Below are positions 60,268 through 64,000 of a stretch of 64,000 nucleotides of DNA, piece after piece; positions within the stretch are counted from its first letter, which is position 1; each line of letters starts with the position of its first letter. Made by a program: the position numbers and the translations under genes. The notes beneath the pieces were generated by a model that did not search any database, was not told the DNA's origin, and saw nothing but the letters and a program-made list of their open reading frames with translations. This DNA comes from a virus. Taxonomy: Duplodnaviria > Heunggongvirae > Uroviricota > Caudoviricetes. The stretch lies in the IMG/VR virus record IMGVR_UViG_3300001357_000001, positions 64,001 through 128,000 of that record; one strand, written 5' to 3'.

Positions 60268-62181
60268 TTATTTTTTTGCTGATATAAAAACATAACTACT
60301 TTTAATATAGGAAGTTATGTTATTAAATCCTAAGTCAAATAAATCCATTTTCAAAATAATTGAATTATTTTTTTGTTCACTAATTTTTAAAATTCCATTT
60401 GTTTTTAATACACGGTGTGCTTCTTTCAAAACATCTAAGTAATTATCGGCATTAATTGATGAAACTACGACAACATCAAATGAATTGTTTTCTAATGGTG
60501 TGTTTGCAATATCACATTCAATAACATTATTATCCATAGCAATAAAATCTAAACCAATAACACTATCATTTTTTCTTAGTTCAGAAAAATAATTACTACC
60601 ACATCCAAAATTAGCTATTTTATAATTAGTATTGTCACCTAATGATTTTGATATTTCAATATATGGATATAATTGGTTTTTCTTTTTTTCTTGATTTTTT
60701 TTAAATTCAATAAAAGTATTACCCAAATTTTTGTATTCATTTAATAATTCATTTGTATTTAAATTATTATAATTTCTAATTAAATGAACGTACTTAAGCA
60801 TATTATTTGCACCTTTTTCATAAGGAGTATTTAAATTAAATTTAACATTATTACCAATTAATTTTACTTTATTTAAGTTATTAATAAATTCTTTTTTGTT
60901 ATCAGATAGATTAAAATATTTAAAATATAAATCTAATGCTTCTTGATTATTCATCAATATTTTTAGGTAAATGTCATGATATTCAGTATCTAATATTTGC
61001 AAATATCTTTCATCAACTTTCATTTCATTAGCATTCCCATCAAATTTATCTACATCAAAACTACTATAGTAACCATTAATTGCTACTTCATTTAATTTAT
61101 CTTCATTATAATCACCATTTAATTCATCGCAAATATTTTCACGATATTCTTTCAAAGTGAAAAAATCATCATAAATTACTAATACTTTATTATTTACGTA
61201 ATTAGTTTCTCCATAAAATTCTTTTACTGTTTCACACCATATTTTTATTTGTTGATTCATTTCATTCATTAATACAGAATCATCATAACCATCTCGATAA
61301 TTTATTAAATTAACTTTCATTAATGGTAAATAAGATGCCAACCAATTTAAATAATCTCGAACAACTATAACATTAATACTATTATCTTGAATACTATAAT
61401 ATCCATTATCTAATCTAAATTTCATCGGAGTAATGTTTTCAATATTAGTATAATTATAATTAATGTCTTTAATCCATGATTTAATATTGTTCATAACAAA
61501 ATTATGACCACTTCTTGAACTTGAAATAACATTTAAATTAAAATCATTTAAATTAACTTCATTAACAAATTTATTTAAATTACTTGTATCATTATAAAGT
61601 TCATTATCTTTAAAGTCATTAATTGAATTAAAAATTTTAACTAATGTTCTTTCGATTTTATCAATTTTACGTTTTTTTGTTTTATTATTAATGTTTGAAG
61701 ACAACATCTTTTTATATGTAGAAAAAGTTTCACGTAAAATCCATTCATTACCATAATATTTAGTATATATGTTAGGATATAATTCAACGGTACTAATATT
61801 TTCTTCAGGATATTCATCTCTATAAATATCAATACCATAAAAATCATCAATATAAAAACACGCTGTTAAATAATTATTTTCTTCTTTAAATTTAAATTCA
61901 TTATTTAAATTAGTTTTAATACTGTCTTCAAAAATTGTGAAATCCAAATTTAATAAATAATCCTTTAATTCATATAGTATTTTATCACCATAATCCCCAA
62001 TAATAATTGAAATATCCAAATCATGAAAACGTTCTTTTTTTATTATTTCAACTCTATCATGAACAATACCGCCAGTAAAAATTAAATCACCAGAATCAAT
62101 ATAATTTTTAAAATTATTAAAGATATTAGTAACTAAAAATTCTAATAAATCTGATTTTATTTTTTCATTATTATATATCAT
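60268..62181 (-). CDS. Multidomain protein: NTase-like / sulfotransferase-like / C-terminal SAM methyltransferase (RRP8-like)
   Basis: GG..HD...DLDI; ISSSRSGHNF...VVRDYLNWLAS; IANFGCG...ECDIANTPLENNSFDVVV. Confidence 0.6.
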   Translation of the reverse strand: MIYNNEKIKSDLLEFLVTNIFNNFKNYIDSGDLIFTGGIVHDRVEIIKKERFHDLDISIIIGDYGDKILYELKDYLLNLDFTIFEDSIKTNLNNEFKFKEENNYLTACFYIDDFYGIDIYRDEYPEENISTVELYPNIYTKYYGNEWILRETFSTYKKMLSSNINNKTKKRKIDKIERTLVKIFNSINDFKDNELYNDTSNLNKFVNEVNLNDFNLNVISSSRSGHNFVMNNIKSWIKDINYNYTNIENITPMKFRLDNGYYSIQDNSINVIVVRDYLNWLASYLPLMKVNLINYRDGYDDSVLMNEMNQQIKIWCETVKEFYGETNYVNNKVLVIYDDFFTLKEYRENICDELNGDYNEDKLNEVAINGYYSSFDVDKFDGNANEMKVDERYLQILDTEYHDIYLKILMNNQEALDLYFKYFNLSDNKKEFINNLNKVKLIGNNVKFNLNTPYEKGANNMLKYVHLIRNYNNLNTNELLNEYKNLGNTFIEFKKNQEKKKNQLYPYIEISKSLGDNTNYKIANFGCGSNYFSELRKNDSVIGLDFIAMDNNVIECDIANTPLENNSFDVVVVSSINADNYLDVLKEAHRVLKTNGILKISEQKNNSIILKMDLFDLGFNNITSYIKSSYVFISAKK

Positions 62182-62193
62182 GTATTAATATTT

Positions 62194-62640
62194 TTAAGTT
62201 ACTACAAAGTCATCACATTGACAAACAAAAATAGTTTCAACGGTATAACTACCAGAAGTAGTGCAAATATATACATTCCCTGTTCTAGTGCTGGAATAAG
62301 TACTTGTTGGATATAAACATGTAGTATTATTTGTTTGATTACACAATGCACCAATCCAAGATGGTTTAGAATAAATTGTAAAGGTTTGGTCAGGATTTAT
62401 TGTTAATGTAGCTGTTGTACCATAAAAACTACCACTCTCACTACCTCCCCATTTCATTGAAATATCATTTGAAACAATACGACAATAAGGTAATCCTTTA
62501 AAATCACCAATTTTATATGGTGCTGATAATGTTAATGTATCACCACCAGCTTCCCTTATACCACCACTACTTGAACTATAATAACCTGATTGTATATTAC
62601 GTACTGATAGTGTTCCTGTAGTAAACGTTCCTGCTGCCAT
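62194..62640 (-). CDS. Hypothetical Thr/Ser/Gly-rich protein
   Basis: 148-aa ATG ORF with GTATTTAT upstream. Confidence 0.6.
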   Translation of the reverse strand: MAAGTFTTGTLSVRNIQSGYYSSSSGGIREAGGDTLTLSAPYKIGDFKGLPYCRIVSNDISMKWGGSESGSFYGTTATLTINPDQTFTIYSKPSWIGALCNQTNNTTCLYPTSTYSSTRTGNVYICTTSGSYTVETIFVCQCDDFVVT

Positions 62641-62714
62641 AATTATTTTTTATATAAATACTTTATATAAAAAAAATGACTACTGTTTGTAGTCATTTAA
62701 ATCATATCATACAA

Positions 62715-63806
62715 TTAAATAATTGGATTATATCCGTCAGCAAACGGTTTACTATAGACTGGTCTAATCATTTTCCAAATAATTTCATCATAAGGTCTTT
62801 TATCATATAATTTAAATAGTATTGCACGATAATCTGATTCTTTTGCTTGTTCAGCAAATTCAGCACGACTAACAATATTATTAACATGATAAATCCTTAC
62901 AAACTCTAATAATGACAGTCTTTCGATTTCATTATATTTATTTTGTAATTTAGTTATTGTTCGTCTTAACCAATCATAAAATTCATCAGGTACTCTATCG
63001 AATAATTCATCAAAATCATAATTATTTAACAAGTGTTCCCAAACAGTTAGGTTTGAAACATTTGTTAAAATACCATGTAATCTTACATATTCAGTAAATT
63101 TAACTTTAACTCTAAACCCACTAAAGAATCTAATTACAAATCCTTCACGATTTTCTTCTTCAAGTTCTTTGAGTTCATTTAATTTATTAATATTATTAAC
63201 TTTATGTTTTTTTACAACAGTAAAAAAATCAGAATATTTACCAACTAAATCTTTATAAAATAATTCAAAACCAGTACTGGTTTCAATTCTAGTTAATAAA
63301 ATTAAATCTCTTAAATCACCATAATCAACAACAATTCTATTTTCAGGATAAATTATTTCAAACAAATACGTACACTTTTTATTTAATTTAAAATAAACAT
63401 TGTTTTTAGACTCAAGCATTTTTTTTGCAACAATTGATTGTTCAGAAATAAATGAACCTCTCGATGCAACAATCCATATTTTATATAAATCATAATAAAA
63501 TAATATAATCAATGAACCATCCATTTTTTCAAAAATATCAAAATCTTGCGATAAATCAATATCAGATGGGTCGTGTTCTTCAAAATTTAAAAATTTCTGA
63601 AATGGACGTGCTAAAATATTTCCATCGGCATCAACAACCATACCACGACAAGCCATAGTATATTCATCCCAAAATCTTTTTGATTGTGCTTTAGGACTAT
63701 AATTAAGAATCCATATGTTATATTCTGGATGTTTATTTGCAACAATTAAATTATTATCAATATAATGATTTAAAGTATTCCAGTCGACTTTATTTAATAA
63801 TTTCAT
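62715..63806 (-). CDS. RNA ligase, T4 Rnl1 family
   Basis: CRG, RPFQKF.N, EKMDGS (motif I), ASRGSF, FEII, EGFVI, RVKVK. Confidence 0.9.
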   Translation of the reverse strand: MKLLNKVDWNTLNHYIDNNLIVANKHPEYNIWILNYSPKAQSKRFWDEYTMACRGMVVDADGNILARPFQKFLNFEEHDPSDIDLSQDFDIFEKMDGSLIILFYYDLYKIWIVASRGSFISEQSIVAKKMLESKNNVYFKLNKKCTYLFEIIYPENRIVVDYGDLRDLILLTRIETSTGFELFYKDLVGKYSDFFTVVKKHKVNNINKLNELKELEEENREGFVIRFFSGFRVKVKFTEYVRLHGILTNVSNLTVWEHLLNNYDFDELFDRVPDEFYDWLRRTITKLQNKYNEIERLSLLEFVRIYHVNNIVSRAEFAEQAKESDYRAILFKLYDKRPYDEIIWKMIRPVYSKPFADGYNPII

Positions 63807-64000
63807 TTAATTTATGATTTTCAATTAATTTTATCACATTATCATCTAATATTAACATTTTTTTTGCAAGATACCATAAACCACCTTGATTTTCAGGTCT
63901 TTTAAATTCAGAATAGTCTTCGATTAATACTTTTTTCCAAACCCTAACCTCACCATTACTTAATTTCATTTTTAAATGCGGTGCATGTGGTTCAGCAGTG

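Larger units (their letters stand above)
16648..62661. promoter_or_regulatory. Second upstream motif GTATTTAT (~15 sites)
   Basis: Sense-oriented shortly before starts: 16648, 17024, 21799, 25484, 26090, 30933, 31528, 33579, 39497, 46691, 48846, 50028, 58456, 60231, 62654. Confidence 0.6.

Noticed and set aside
1-64000. Genome-wide TAG reassignment (code 15)
   Set aside because: Long genes are open under code 11 and TAG ends several genes normally; only one in-frame TAG gene was found.

Overview
Very AT-rich, gene-dense segment of a large (jumbo-type) lytic phage, most likely infecting a Bacteroidota host. Host evidence: TAnnTTTG promoters, A-rich leaders without Shine-Dalgarno, a CarboxypepD_reg-like protein. 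Standard genetic code; most genes are on the minus strand. 0-22 kb: small hypothetical genes, including a 5.3-16.1 kb block of cassette-like genes, each with a TGWAAC-N16/17-CGTA promoter, plus a phage ECF sigma factor. That block is bracketed by two G-tract elements and may be a terminal repeat. 23.6-24.3 kb: large tRNA-like and structured RNAs. 26-42 kb: nucleotide metabolism and auxiliary genes (GMP reductase-like, nucleotidyltransferase, HAD nucleotidase, dNMP kinase, DNA methylase, RfbC, homing endonucleases). 39-60 kb: translation-support region with about 22 tRNA or tRNA-like genes, an RNase P RNA, a Pth2-like gene with an in-frame amber codon near a CUA suppressor tRNA, L7/L12- and YqeY-like genes, and an intein-containing class II RNR; an Rnl1 RNA ligase follows at 62.7 kb. 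Main discovery candidate: both tRNA operons are headed by leader-peptide attenuators whose codons match the tRNAs encoded downstream. The leader at 60.1 kb is Lys/Tyr-rich and precedes tRNA-Lys/Tyr. The leader at 51.6 kb uses almost only Thr/Arg/Asn/Ile/Ser/Gly/Phe/Cys/Met and precedes exactly those tRNAs. This suggests ribosome-sensed feedback control of phage tRNA supply. All family calls are by motif recognition, not database search. Several homopolymer frameshifts and one chimeric tRNA suggest assembly errors.
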